A stretch of 63,806 bases of DNA, the filler included, from Reclinomonas americana ATCC 50394 (taxonomy: Eukaryota): NCBI GenBank assembly GCA_048213135.1. It is 7 parts of 5 records of this genome, joined end to end, with 100 filler letters (N's around TTAATTAATTAA, not from the genome) between each part and the next. Parts side by side here need not be neighbours in the genome. Positions count along the whole stretch, not along the records: positions 1 to 23,320 come from PS015692.1; positions 23,421 to 32,642 come from PS015693.1; 5 more parts are not named here. One strand, written 5' to 3'. The position numbers and the translations under genes were made by a program. The stretch's first letter is position 1, and every line of letters begins with the position of its first letter. The notes under the pieces are model-generated. The model saw nothing but the letters and a program-made list of their open reading frames with translations. It searched no databases and was not told the origin of the DNA. Positions 12,983 through 25,295 of the stretch are shown here, one piece after another.

Positions 12983-15900
12983 CTATGCAGCACGGTGGTT
13001 TCCTTCCAACCCCTCACACGCACTGCTCTCTGAAACAGATGGTGCGTCTGAATGTGATTACGGACAAAAAACCAACGGAAATACTCCAAATATGGAAATC
13101 AGGAGGACGCGGGACGGCGTGAAGTAAAAAGCGGAAGGGAGGGAGGAGAGGGAAGGGGAAGGGGAAGGGGAAGGGGAAGAGATACTGACTAGATTTATAA
13201 AGAGAAAATTAAGGCAACGATGATGCAAGGAGAGAATGAGAAAAATAGAGAAACTGACACATAGAGAAGTTGATTGGAGGGAGGAGGTGAGCGGAGGGTA
13301 GAAAAGTAACGGGATGAGAGCGCAGAGAGCGCGAGAAACTGAAAAGAGAAATGCAAAGAGGTGACGGGAAGCAACGTAAACAAGGTGAAACTGCAGGAGG
13401 CAGCAAAGAGGCTCAGGAGAGCGCAAAAGAAGAATGGAAACAGAAGAACAGAGAGTCAGAGCGCGAAAGAAACAACAAGAGAAGGCAGAAGGAGAACAAA
13501 AATCGAAAGTGGAAGCAGAAGAAACATGAAGAGGAGCAGAAAGCATGAGATGAGAGGAGAACAACGTGAGAACAAAGGCAATGAAAAGAAAATAAGAAGA
13601 AGAGGTGGAGGGGAAAGCGAGGCAACAGCACGATCTGAAGAGCGCGAGAGCGGCAAGAATAGCCCAGTAGATGGAGACACAGACTCTCGTGAAACTGCCT
13701 CACGTTCCTCTCCTCTCACTGCTCCTGGTTCTCCTTCTCCGCTCCCTCGTCTCGTTTCTCTGCTCGCTCTTCTCCTTTCTCTGCTCCCTCTTCTCCTCTC
13801 TTTGTCCCTCTTCTCCTTTCCAGGCTTCCTCTTCTCCTTTCTCTGCTCACTCTTCTCCTCTATCCGCTCCCTCCTCTCCTTTCTCCGCTCCCTCGTCCCC
13901 TTTCTCCACTCCCTCTTCTCCTCTCTCCGCTCCCTCCTCTCCTTTCTCTGCTCTCGCGTCTCCTTTCTCTGCTTCCTCTTCTCCTTCCTCCCGCTTCCTT
14001 TTCTCCTTTTTCTGCTCCCTCTCCACCCTTCCCCATCTCCCCGCCACTCACCCACTGGCCTCGGTTGCACCAGCTGCAGCGGCGGCGCATTACCAAGCAG
14101 CGCTGGACGCGGTCGCGGGGGCTTTTGCGGCTGCGTCGAGTGCGTAATAACGTGCGCCGTGGGCACGGCGCTGTCCGACGACTCGACCAGTGTCGGCGGC
14201 GATGAGGAGGACGGGTTGGGCGGCGTGAACTGCGGTTGCGCTGCGGCACCCGTGGCGGAGCCTTCGTCGGAGGGCGGGGTGGTGCGAATGGGGAAGCCGA
14301 TCGAGCCCACCTCGCTCGTGTCCTCCGGGGGCTCTGTGTTGAAAAGCAGGAGGTGTTTAGAAGAAAAGCGGGAGGAGGATGGTTCGTGAGTGAAGAGAGT
14401 GGGCGCAACGAAGTGCGGCGGCACCGTGATGCACGGCGGGTGCCAGCGAGAGATCACTGCGCTCCGCAAAGGAGCCGAGTGAACCGCCACGGCTGCTGCT
14501 CGAGCGACTGCCAGGCAGCGAGTGCGGGGCAAACGGGCGCAGGGTGGAGCCGACGCCGGCGGTGGGAGCCACCAGCACGTCGGGCGATGGCGCGTTCACC
14601 ACGGGCGTGCCGAGACTGCGTGACGAGTTGCGTGCGCTGCTGCTCTGCAGCGAACCGACGACTGCGACGATGGGGGGAGTGAGGGTGAAGTTGAGGAGAA
14701 GGGGGGAGGGGGAAGAGGCAAAAGAGACGCACTGCTTTGCTCGCGGAACGTGCCGCCCTCGGATCCGGGAGGGGAGGGGTCCTGGTCGCGGGCCATCCAT
14801 GGTGCCTCGCGCTCCGAGGACATCTGCAAGGGGGGAGGGTGGGTAAGGAAAGGAAGAGGGAGGTGCAACACGACAATGAATCAGGTCACTCAGAAGGCAC
14901 AGGAGGCTGCGAATCCACAGTGGATTTGAAGAACAAATGCACGGAGTGCAAAGAGAAAGCACATAGTGGAAAGATAAACCCAGCACGCCGAGGAATCACA
15001 GTGGCGTTGAAACAGAAAAGACCCAGCACGCCGAGGATTCACGGTGGCGGGCAGAGACAATAACAGATTGACAGGGTGGAGAGACAAATTGACACAAGAG
15101 TGGAAAGAGAACTCCGTGGCAAGGCACAGAGACTCACGGCGGTGGTGAGCACAGTCAACGACACACAGTGCAAGAGAAAACATAGTGACACGAGAAATCC
15201 ACCACACGAAGTCAGTGACGCATGCAAGCGCAGAGCTGAATGACACGTCGAAAACAGAACGCAGAGACAGCGTGGAACGAGAAACCCAGCACGCCGAGCC
15301 ATGCAAACGCATGGAGTGCAATGTCACGACACGCGAGATCGCGAGTGGACATTCCTTCTCACTCCCCATCCCTTTTCCCACACACACACACACGCACACA
15401 AACCTGAATGCTGCTGCTGACTTGACGCATCCACTGCTGCACCAGCTCCGCGTCACCGCTGTGGTCGGCAAAGACGGTCTCCTCCGGCGGTCGCGCCGTA
15501 ATGACCGCAAAACCGGTGCTCTTGGGTCCGGCAAACACCGGGCGCACCGAGGCGTTGCGAAGCAGCAGGCGCTTCTTCAACGTGCCTTGCAGGTCGGAGT
15601 AGATCAGCAGGTGGTGGCCCTGCAGCATCACAAACACGCGCTCGCCGTCGCCACCTGTTGTTCGTCGACAGGGTGGTGAGTTGTGTGGGAAAGGGGGAAG
15701 AATGAAGGGTCAGATGCACGCAACGGCCCATGTTGAGGTAGCCAGCAAAGGCCGGAGGTGGAAGATCGCCGAGCGGGTGGGTTGACTGCGTAGAATGAGT
15801 GCATGAGCGGGGAGGGCGGACGGAAAGCACAGCAAAAACGGTGGAGAGAAAGCGCACGGTGCAAGCAAGTACGACACTCCAAGGCAGAGAGCAGAAAATG

Positions 15901-16250
15901 AAGCGAATATCAAGGGGAAATGTTGCTGCTGAGCGCTAGAGAGAGAGAGAGAGAGCAAGGGAGAGAGAGTGACAGGGAGACAAGCGAGAGGGAGAGAGAG
16001 CATCAGACACGGTCACTGAGTGAAGCAACAATAAACAGAAGAATGTGCGACGTGACAACGAATACGAAACAAAGCCGAACAGATTGCAGGAGAAGAGAAG
16101 CTGCTGAGCACAAGAGGGAGAGAGATTTTGTGATGAAGACGGCGGCAGAGAGAGACGGAGACAGCGGCAGAGACAACCACTGAAGGATACGCCGACTTGA
16201 CGGTGAACACGACAATGCGGAACAGATTGCAGGAGAAGAGAAGCTGCTGA

Positions 16251-16305
<55 letters not shown>

Positions 16306-17192
16306 GACGAGACGACGAACGTAGACGTACGACGACGAGTACGTAGAACGGAACGTACGTACGAACCGAACGTAACGTACGAACGACGACGACGTAACGA
16401 CGGACNNNNNNNNNNNNNNNNNNNNNNNNNNNNNNNNNNNNNNNNNNNNNNNNNNNNNNNNNNNNNNNNNNNNNNNNNNNNNNNNNNNNNNNNNNNNNNN
16501 NNNNNNNNNNNNNNNNNNNNNNNNNNNNNNNNNNNNNNNNNNNNNNNNNNNNNNNNNNNNNNNNNNNNNNNNNNNNNNNNNNNNNNNNNNNNNNNNNNNN
16601 NNNNNNNNNNNNNNNNNNNNNNNNNNNNNNNNNNNNNNNNNNNNNNNNNNNNNNNNNNNNNNNNNNNNNNNNNNNNNNNNNNNNNNNNNNNNNNNNNNNN
16701 NNNNNNNNNNNNNNNNNNNNNNNNNNNNNNNNNNNNNNNNNNNNNNNNNNNNNNNNNNNNNNNNNNNNNNNNNNNNNNNNNNNNNNNNNNNNNNNNNNNN
16801 NNNNNNNNNNNNNNNNNNNNNNNNNNNNNNNNNNNNNNNNNNNNNNNNNNNNNNNNNNNNNNNNNNNNNNNNNNNNNNNNNNNNNNNNNNNNNNNNNNNN
16901 NNNNNNNNNNNNNNNNNNNNNNNNNNNNNNNNNNNNNNNNNNNNNNNNNNNNNNNNNNNNNNNNNNNNNNNNNNNNNNNNNNNNNNNNNNNNNNNNNNNN
17001 NNNNNNNNNNNNNNNNNNNNNNNNNNNNNNNNNNNNNNNNNNNNNNNNNNNNNNNNNNNNNNNNNNNNNNNNNNNNNNNNNNNNNNNNNNNNNNNNNNNN
17101 NNNACGTACGTACGTAGAGACGAGAGAGACGTATACGTAGACGACGAGAGACGAGGAACGAGAGTAGAGAGAGAGAGACGAGTAGAGAGAGA

Positions 17193-17226
<34 letters not shown>

Positions 17227-18503
17227 GCAGAGACGACAACTGAGTAACGCGACGATCTTGAAGGAACGATCGCCAACGTAACAGTGAACACGACAATGCG
17301 GAACAGAACGCAAGAAGAAAAGCCGCTGAGTGCAAGAGAGAGAGAGAGAGATTCTGTGGTGCAGAAGGCGAGAGAGAGAGAGAGAGACAGGCCGCAGAAA
17401 TGACTGCTTAATGCAAGATTCACGACTGTCAAAAACCGGAGAAATGCTGCCGAGTGCGTGAGTGAGAGCTACTCTGTGACACAATCAAGCACCTCTCGAC
17501 AGACACATCCACCCAACAACAAGAGCACAGTGACAACGCCCTTTCCCCCTTCCTCACCTCGCGCTGCAAGGCCTTCTCACGCGCCACGCTCTCCGGCGAC
17601 GACTCGCGCTGCCTCTGCCGCGTCTCAATCGTCTCCTTCCAATCATTCGACGTCGCCAACGCACTCTCATGACTCGCCGGCCGATCCGGACACACGACCG
17701 CCCACACGGCTTGCATTGCCGGCGCCTCGCCACCGTCCTGCACGCTCGAGGCCGACGACGCGCCCGGCGAATCCGTTGTCCCGGCCGCGACGGGGATGCG
17801 AAGTTGCAGGGCGTTGGGACGCTCGGCGGAGCGCGTCACGGGAATGCCGAGCACCGACACGGAGCCCAGAGGCACGCGTGTCTAAAAACGCACATCATGC
17901 CCAAAACAAGAGTGATCAGTGGGGAAGAAGATGGGACGCGCACATGACACACACACAGGCGATCAACACAGACACACACACAGACGTGCATGTGTGTCAA
18001 GAACAAAAGATGCGCGCGCGAAGAGTGAGAGAGTGTGAGATCACGCGCGTGGGCATGTCCTGCTCATGCACACTCTCTCCTCTCTTGCTCTCCTCCCCCC
18101 CTCCTCTCTCTCTCTGCACAGTGTGTGCTCGCGTACCGATTCGTCCTCATAGCAGAAGATGGTGCTTCCACGGAACTCGAACCAACTATTTTTTGTGAGT
18201 GAGAGTGTGAGAGAGAGTGAGTATCGGAAGATTAGCACACACACTCAAGAGTGAGCAAACGCAACTTTGACTGCCATTGACCGCGGTCTGTGTGTGTGTG
18301 ACACAGAGAGAGTGAGTGTGTGAGAGAGTGTGTGTCAATGAGTGCGTAGACGTAACGTCGTCGACTTAGCCAGCCGCGTTTGATAGGCGGCTCATCGCGA
18401 TCCTGTGTGCGCGAGAGTGTGCGTGTGAGCAACTCTGTGTGTGTCACTCACTCACTCTCACTGACACACACGAAACTCGATCGGCGGAGGGAGAGGTGCC
18501 CAT
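12983..18503 (-). CDS. Multi-exon protein with two PH domains and a Pro/Ser-rich tail; possible N-myristoylation (MGTSPS)
   Basis: PH1 spliced from short exons at 17560-18402: PPIKRGWLSRR-HRGQWQS-NWFEFRGSTIFCYEDES-VPLGSVSV...NDWKETIE. PH2 at 15405-15790: FAGYLNM...NNRWRRR..VFVMLQGHHLLIYSD...LVQQWMRQVSSSIQ. Pro-rich exons at 14052-14820. The 3' end (~12983) is uncertain and there is an N gap inside the gene. Confidence 0.65.
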
Positions 18504-19655
18504 TGCAATGAATGAGCGTCACACACTCTCTCTCTCCTTCTCTGTGTGTACGCGCGTGATCGTTTTCCTGAGTGACTGCAATGCTTCACGCGAGTGTGGC
18601 GATCGATTCAGCGACACCTTTCCTTTGCTGCTGCTGCTGCGCGTGAAACAGAGATTGTGGTTTGTCGGTCGGTTGGTCGACTCGGAAAAATTGTGCGCAT
18701 TTTCTTTTGAAATGCAGTGGTATTCATTCGCCAACTGCGCACGTTAGACAGCGGTATATGACGGTGTGTTGGAGGTGATGTTTAAGCGGTGTGCGTGGGT
18801 GGGAAATAGAGGCTGACGATCGATATCGCGATTGCAAAAAAACGGTTTCTTGCGCGCGGAATTCGAAATCGATCGCTGCCGTGGGAAAGCTGGTGTTAGA
18901 ATGCAACGAGAGTCAAGATTCACGGACTTCTGTGTCGGCTAATTGCACTCGTACGCATGAATTCGATTTCAGCCCGCGGCCGTGCAGAAGATTTAGAAGT
19001 TGTTGTCTCTGCAAATCCTTCGGCTTGCACAAGCGTTCCGGCGCGTGTACAGCGACCGGAAACGAACAGTTTACCCTCCGCGTCATGTAGAGGCACACCT
19101 GGACTTGGAAGAAGCCAAAACATGCAGCCGCATTTGCTCTGAAGACCAGTTGCCTTCCGACTCGACAAAATCTGTACGTGGGCGTGCGCATGGCAAGGAA
19201 TATGTTGGAGGACTTTTACAGAGATCGATCAGGACGAATACACGGCTGCATGTAGAATGCCGAAATTCGCGAAAGCGCTGCGCTGTGCATGCGAATTCGA
19301 AATCTGCAACTTCGAACTCGACTTCAACGAGTGTGGTGAATGCGGACTCTGTGTCGCACAAAAAAAAAAAAGTGAAAGCGTTGCCGGTTCTCTTCAGAAA
19401 GAAGTAACATTTTTGTGCATGCACGGTTTACAGAATGTGAATACACGTGTGCCTGCTGTTCGGTTTCTCGCAATGCAATTTGTGTTGTTACATTCACGTG
19501 CAGTTACAGTTTGTGCCTCATATCATCACCAGAGTGTGTCTTCCATGTGGCGCAGAAGAGTGCAGCTGTGTGGCATTGTGCAGACGGACAGATAAGAAGG
19601 TTTCAGATTGTCCTGCAGACAACTATCCACATTTTCTCCATTTTCGCGCGCACGC

Positions 19656-19832
19656 ATGGCCACTCGCACTGCCGTTGCCTCTCCTGGCAACAACAACAGC
19701 GGAGGCGCAGGAATCGGCAGTGGTGCTCGTCGAGGAGCCACTTCTACCTCTGCTTCTGCAACTTCGCACTCGACTTCGACGAGTGTGGTGAATGCGGACN
19801 NNNNNNNNNNNNNNNNNNNTCGTCGTCGTCTC

Positions 19833-19906
<74 letters not shown>

Positions 19907-22900
19907 AGACAACACACTCACGTGCCTCAGTCAATATCTCTCTCTCTCTCTCTCACCTCAGACAACTTCTCTCTCTTCTCTTCTCACTCTTCTCACTCTT
20001 CTCCTTCACTTCTCTCCCTTCCCCTTGCCCTCTCTCCCGCTAACTTCGCCGCTCCAGGTGAGCTGCTGCAAGCTACACTTTAAGGAAAAGGCCATTCACC
20101 TCCGCCTCACGCACCCGGAAGAGAAGAATGCATTTCTGTGGAAGGCTGTGCGGGTACGCTGCCAGTTCTCGTTCGGTTTTTTCTCGTCGCCCACACGCAC
20201 ACACACACACCTACTTGCAGTTGTGCGACGAGTATTTTAACCGCACGCCGGCCATCACCAACATTTCTGAGATGGAACTTCGCTTGGCCGGTGCGTACTG
20301 TGCTTCTTCTTCGTCCTCCCCCTCCCGCTTTTCGTTCACTCCTCTTGCAGGTATGACCGCCAATCTGAACCCGTCGCTCGACAACCTGGCAGAAGCCGGT
20401 CGTGCCGCCGGTGCGCTTTTCCCCATCCCATCCGTTCCCCTCTTTCGCCCCCTCTCACCTTTGCGCAGCGCACGTTCCGTATCGCGATCTGCTGAGCGAG
20501 AAGGAAGAGCAGGATCTCTCGCACCTGGCCAGCACGTATGCCTTTGACGTGCGTGACACGGTGGCCTTTACCGAGCGCCTGGAAGAGGAGCTGTTGCAGC
20601 TGGAGAAGACCAACGTGTTTCTGCTGCTGCAAATGGAGGACAAGGTCCGCTTCATCATCGACGAGGTGTCGGGCGCCACGGTGGCTGTCGCGGAACTCGA
20701 ATCGACCATGAAGGAGAAATCAACGATTCTCGGAGTTGCGCGCACGCCACCGCCTTGTGCCTCGCAAAGCTTGCTTATCTGCGTGCCACAGGAGGTGAAA
20801 TCGGAAATGGACGTGCTGGACCACGACAACACTCGGCGCGAACGCCGACTGAAGAACGAGCAGCTGTTGGCCAACAAACTGGAGGAGATCTTGGTCAGTG
20901 GTGGTTGCGCCCGTTGACAAGAGTGCGACTGTGGCGAGCTGACACGTTGCTGCGCAGACGCCTTTGTTGCTGACCGCGGAGCAGGAGCAGACCATCAGCA
21001 ATGCGCGGCTTCACACTGCCAGGGGGTGCGTTTGACATCGAAGAGTGCTCGCTCCTCTCTCCCATGTCGCTGCTTGCTCCTCTCCTCCGTGTCGCTGGTC
21101 GCTCCTCTCCTCCGTGTCGCTGGTCGCTCCTCTCCTCGCGTCGCTACTCGCTCCTCTCTCTTCGTGTCGCTGGTCGCTCCTCTCCTCCGTGTCGCTGGTC
21201 TCTCCTCTCCTCCGTGTCGCTGGTCGCTCCTCTCCTCCGTGTCGCTGCGCGCTCCTCTCCTCCGTGTTGCTGCTCGCTCCTCTCCTCCGTGTCGCTGTTC
21301 GCTCCTCTCCTCCGCGTCGCTGCTCGCTCCTCTCCCTCGTGTCGCTGCTCGCTTCTCTCCCTCGTGTCGCTGCTCGCTCCTCTCCCTCGTGTCGCTGCTC
21401 GCTCCTCTCCCTCGTGTCGCTGCTCACTCCTCTCCTCCGTGTCGCTGCTCGCTCCTCTCCTCCGCGTCGCTGCTCACTCCTCTCTCTTCGTGTCGCTGCT
21501 CACTCCTCTCCTCCGTGTCGCTGCTCACTCCTCTCCTCCGTGTCGCTGCTCACTCCTCTCTCGTGTCGCTGCTCGCTCCTCTTCTCCGTGTCGCTGCTCG
21601 CTTCTCTCCTCCGCGTCGCTGTTCGCTCCTCTCCTCCGCGTCGCTATTCGCTCCTCTCCCTCGTGTCGCTGCTCACTCCTCTCCTCCGTGTCGCTGCTCG
21701 CTCCTCTCCTCCGTGTCGCCGCTCCCTCCTCTCCTCCGTGTCGCTGCTTGNNNNNNNNNNNNNNNNNNNNNNNNNNNNNNNNNNNNNNNNNNNNNNNNNN
21801 NNNNNNNNNNNNNNNNNNNNNNNNNNNNNNNNNNNNNNNNNNNNNNNNNNNNNNNNNNNNNNNNNNNNNNNNNNNNNNNNNNNNNNNNNNNNNNNNNNNN
21901 NNNNNNNNNNNNNNNNNNNNNNNNNNNNNNNNNNNNNNNNNNNNNNNNNNNNNNNNNNNNNNNNNNNNNNNNNNNNNNNNNNNNNNNNNNNNNNNNNNNN
22001 NNNNNNNNNNNNNNNNNNNNNNNNNNNNNNNNNNNNNNNNNNNNNNNNNNNNNNNNNNNNNNNNNNNNNNNNNNNNNNNNNNNNNNNNNNNNNNNNNNNN
22101 NNNNNNNNNNNNNNNNNNNNNNNNNNNNNNNNNNNNNNNNNNNNNNNNNNNNNNNNNNNNNNNNNNNNNNNNNNNNNNNNNNNNNNNNNNNNNNNNNNNN
22201 NNNNNNNNNNNNNNNNNNNNNNNNNNNNNNNNNNNNNNNNNNNNNNNNNNNNNNNNNNNNNNNNNNNNNNNNNNNNNNNNNNNNNNNNNNNNNNNNNNNN
22301 NNNNNNNNNNNNNNNNNNNNNNNNNNNNNNNNNNNNNNNNNNNNNNNNNNNNNNNNNNNNNNNNNNNNNNNNNNNNNNNNNNNNNNNNNNNNNNNNNNNN
22401 NNNNNNNNNNNNNNNNNNNNNNNNNNNNNNNNNNNNNNNNNNNNNATCTCTCGTACGCATCCAGCCTCACCATTGTGATTCCTCGTGCAGCGAGAGGCAA
22501 CAACGTTTCCGTGAGCTGCGCGACGAGCTGTGCGAGCAAGTGGTGGCTCACCTCGAGGCGTTCTTTGTCGAGCTCAGCCGCGAAGCACTGGCGGATTCGG
22601 GGTACTTTACGCGCCAAGGTATGCGCGCTGCTTCTTGTCTCTGTGCGTGCGTGTGCCCATTGTGCGCTCTCCTCTTTTCCGTGCAAGGCGTCGCCGCTAT
22701 TATCGTCCACAATCACGTTTGGGAGCAGCTGGAGATCTTTGCACCGCTGGTGCAGTGTGTTCGTTCGGCAGGAGGACCACGTGCGCAGGCAATGCAGCTG
22801 GCCTATGCCCGTGCCTTCCAGCCACTGTACAGTCGACAGCTGCAGGCGTTCTTCCAAGAGATACGGTACGCCGAGTACGCTGCCCACTTCCTCATCACTT

Positions 22901-24748
22901 GCAGTGTGGTCTCACACTCGTTCTCCTCGTCGTTGTGCAGCATGCAAGTGGAGCGCGGTAAGCCTGTGAATCACATCTTTACGGCGGCGTCGCCGCTGCC
23001 CGGACTACTGGAGGCGCAAGACACCGGAACGGGCGCCGGGCAGAATTTCGATTTCCTGTTCGAGTCTGTGCTTGATTCGCTCATGGGCTGCCTGTGCGAC
23101 GAGGAGCGTTTCTGCCGATCGTTTTTCCATCATGGAGTGGATGTGTCAGTGGTGTGTTGGGAGGAGAAGAAGGAGTCGTTTCTGCATTCATGGTTCTCGC
23201 AATTTTCTGCTTGTCTTGCTGTAGCTGTTTTTCTTCTTGTCCTTCATCTCAGGTTGTGTTTGCTGGACTTCTTTTTCTTCTTGTCGGCTGTCCTTTTCCC
23301 TCCTGCCCACTCCGTCCCCCNNNNNNNNNNNNNNNNNNNNNNNNNNNNNNNNNNNNNNNNNNNNTTAATTAATTAANNNNNNNNNNNNNNNNNNNNNNNN
23401 NNNNNNNNNNNNNNNNNNNNGGAGAAAGAGAGAAGCTGAGAGAGGGGAAAGATAGAAACTGAGAGAGGGAAAGATAGAAACTGAGAGAGGGAAAGAGAGA
23501 AACTGAGAGAGGGGAACGAGAGAAACTGAGAGAGGGAAACGAGAGAAACTGAGAGAGGAGGAAGAGAGAAACTGAGAGAGGGGAATGAGAGACACTGAGA
23601 GAGGAGAAAGAGAGACACTGAGAGAGAAGCTGAAGCTGGGAGAGGAGAAAGAGAGAAACTGAGAGAGGGAAAGCAGGCGACGTGTACTCCTCCTCTCTCT
23701 TCGCCTCCGTTCTGAAATTTCCCTTTGCATTCCAGGTACGGTTCCCTGTTCGTATTCTTCTTCCACATGCTGGAGTACTTGGCCAGCAGCACGCAGCAAG
23801 AGTACTTGCCATTTCAGGAGGGCCTCTCGCGACAGGACCTGGTTGACGCCGTGGTGAAGTTCAACCAGACGGCGGCCAAGTCTACGGCACGGCTGTATGA
23901 GCGCGTGGAGAAACATATGAGCGGGTACACCGGCATGCTGTCGGGGGTGTGGAAATTGGTGCGCACACGCATCGTGCAGTGGTTTGTGGATCTGCGCGAG
24001 ATCACCCAGCAGTGCTACGAGAATGTGGAGATCCGGCCGTCGGTGCAGACAGTTGAGTGGTCGTGGGGCGAGGAGGAGGAGGAGAGGAGCAGCAGAAGGG
24101 AGGAGTTGAGAAGGAAGACTGGATTTCGGGAGAATAAGAGATCCATGGGACAACGGAGGGGGAATGAGAGAGGAAGATGGGGTGGAGAGTTGTTGCTAGG
24201 CAGAAGGGATTTCTTGCGAACGAGGGAAGCGAAGGACAGCGGTAGGCTGATGGGCTAGGGTTGAGGAGCACTAAGGGAGTAGGATAAGAAATTCAAGGGA
24301 TGCGTAGGAGTTGGGGAAGAGTGTTATTGGAAGGCATAAGTGATTTTTTGAGAATGAGAGATTCAAGTGGCATGGTGAGGAGGAGAGTTGTTGGAAGGAA
24401 AAGGCATAAGAGTGAGGGACTCAAGGGGGCAAGAGGATAAGAGGAGTTGAGGAGGAGTATTGATGGCAGAAGGAATTTTGTGAGGATGAGAGATTCACGA
24501 GACAGTAGGAGGACAGTTATCGGAGGCAGAATGGATTCTTGAGACCGCAAGATTCAAGGGACAACAGAGGGAGAGTGAGAGAGGGAGTTGGGATAGAGCC
24601 ATCTGAAGGAAAGCAGGAGCATCAGTGATGTTGGGGCGTTTCGCAATTACAAAATCAGTTCATCGATGCTAACTCACATCTGTGCGTTGTCCAGCTGAAT
24701 CAAATCTTCGACACTGTTGAGGAGAGCAAGACTGGCCGCAGGCGATGA
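19656..24748 (+). CDS. SEC3: Exocyst complex component Sec3/EXOC1 (multi-exon, interrupted by gaps)
   Basis: N-terminal PIP2-binding-like segment EEKNAFLWKAVR-LCDEYFNRTPAITNIS. Coiled-coil region YRDLLSEKEEQDL...AFTERLEEELLQLEKTNV...EVKSEMDVLDHDN...KNEQLLANKLEEIL matches the EXOC1 pattern. C-terminal LYERVEKHM...MLSGVWKLV...EITQQCYENVEI. Last exon 24695-24748 follows a GCTAAC branch point. The ATG at 19656 is tentative. Confidence 0.85.
21045..21750. repeat. Intronic minisatellite, ~25-bp unit (GTGTCGCTGCTCGCTCCTCTCCTCC), running into an assembly gap
   Basis: Directly visible head-to-tail degenerate copies with no spacers, inside a SEC3 intron. Confidence 0.9.
23321..23420. other. Artificial contig spacer N44-TTAATTAATTAA-N44 (also at ~32643, 40081, 53684, 60717 and 61982)
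   Basis: The identical six-frame-stop 12-mer is centred in 100-nt N blocks six times. Confidence 0.97.
23421..23670. repeat. Intronic GA-rich tandem repeat (GAGAAACTGAGAGAGGG-like unit)
   Basis: About 10 degenerate copies visible. Confidence 0.75.
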
Positions 24749-25295
24749 GTGAACGCATCAGTTTGTTGTGTGCGAGGCTGTGTTTGTCGATTTTTCTTTC
24801 GAAAGACAGGAGAAGATTAGATTAAGATACGTCTCCTTTCGCCGTGCTAGAGTGTTGCCCGACTCATGCAAAATGCCTTGTGCACACAACATTCGCGGTT
24901 TACCAACTCTTGAGACACTGGAGAAATGCAGACATTGAAGATGAAGAGGGAGAGAGAGAGAGAGAGCGACTAGGTCGTCAATACAACTCGCTAAGCGGAC
25001 CCTGCACTTCAGTCATCCACCATCACCCGCCACAGGCACTGGTGACAGCTGGACAACGGCTGGCAACATGAGTGCTGCTGGCAATGCTGTTGTTGTCTCC
25101 TTGTAAGATGCATCACCTGTCAACGTAAGTGCATGCAGCTGGTCACTGCTGGCTTCGAGAGAAACCGACTGGGTGACAATGAGTGCAACTATTGGGCGAA
25201 GACGAACGATTCACTCTTCTCACAACAACAACTACGACGACGACAGCAGCAATGCACGGCAATATCCGCCACCACTGCTGTCGCCGCGCCTCGTC

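Noticed and set aside
16303..17185. ACGT/TACG-rich stretches flanking an N gap
   Set aside because: Looks like low-quality pyrosequencing read-end noise (TACG flow order) overlaid on the local GA-rich repeat.
18791..19600. Short ORFs between the PH gene and SEC3
   Set aside because: No coding bias, splice pattern or motif that I can support; treated as divergent intergenic sequence.
21045..21750. 25-bp repeat array and long ORFs through it
   Set aside because: Head-to-tail minisatellite without spacers inside a SEC3 intron; the ORFs are low-complexity read-through into N runs.
23365..23376. Recurrent palindrome TTAATTAATTAA
   Set aside because: Artificial six-frame-stop spacer embedded in N blocks, not biological.
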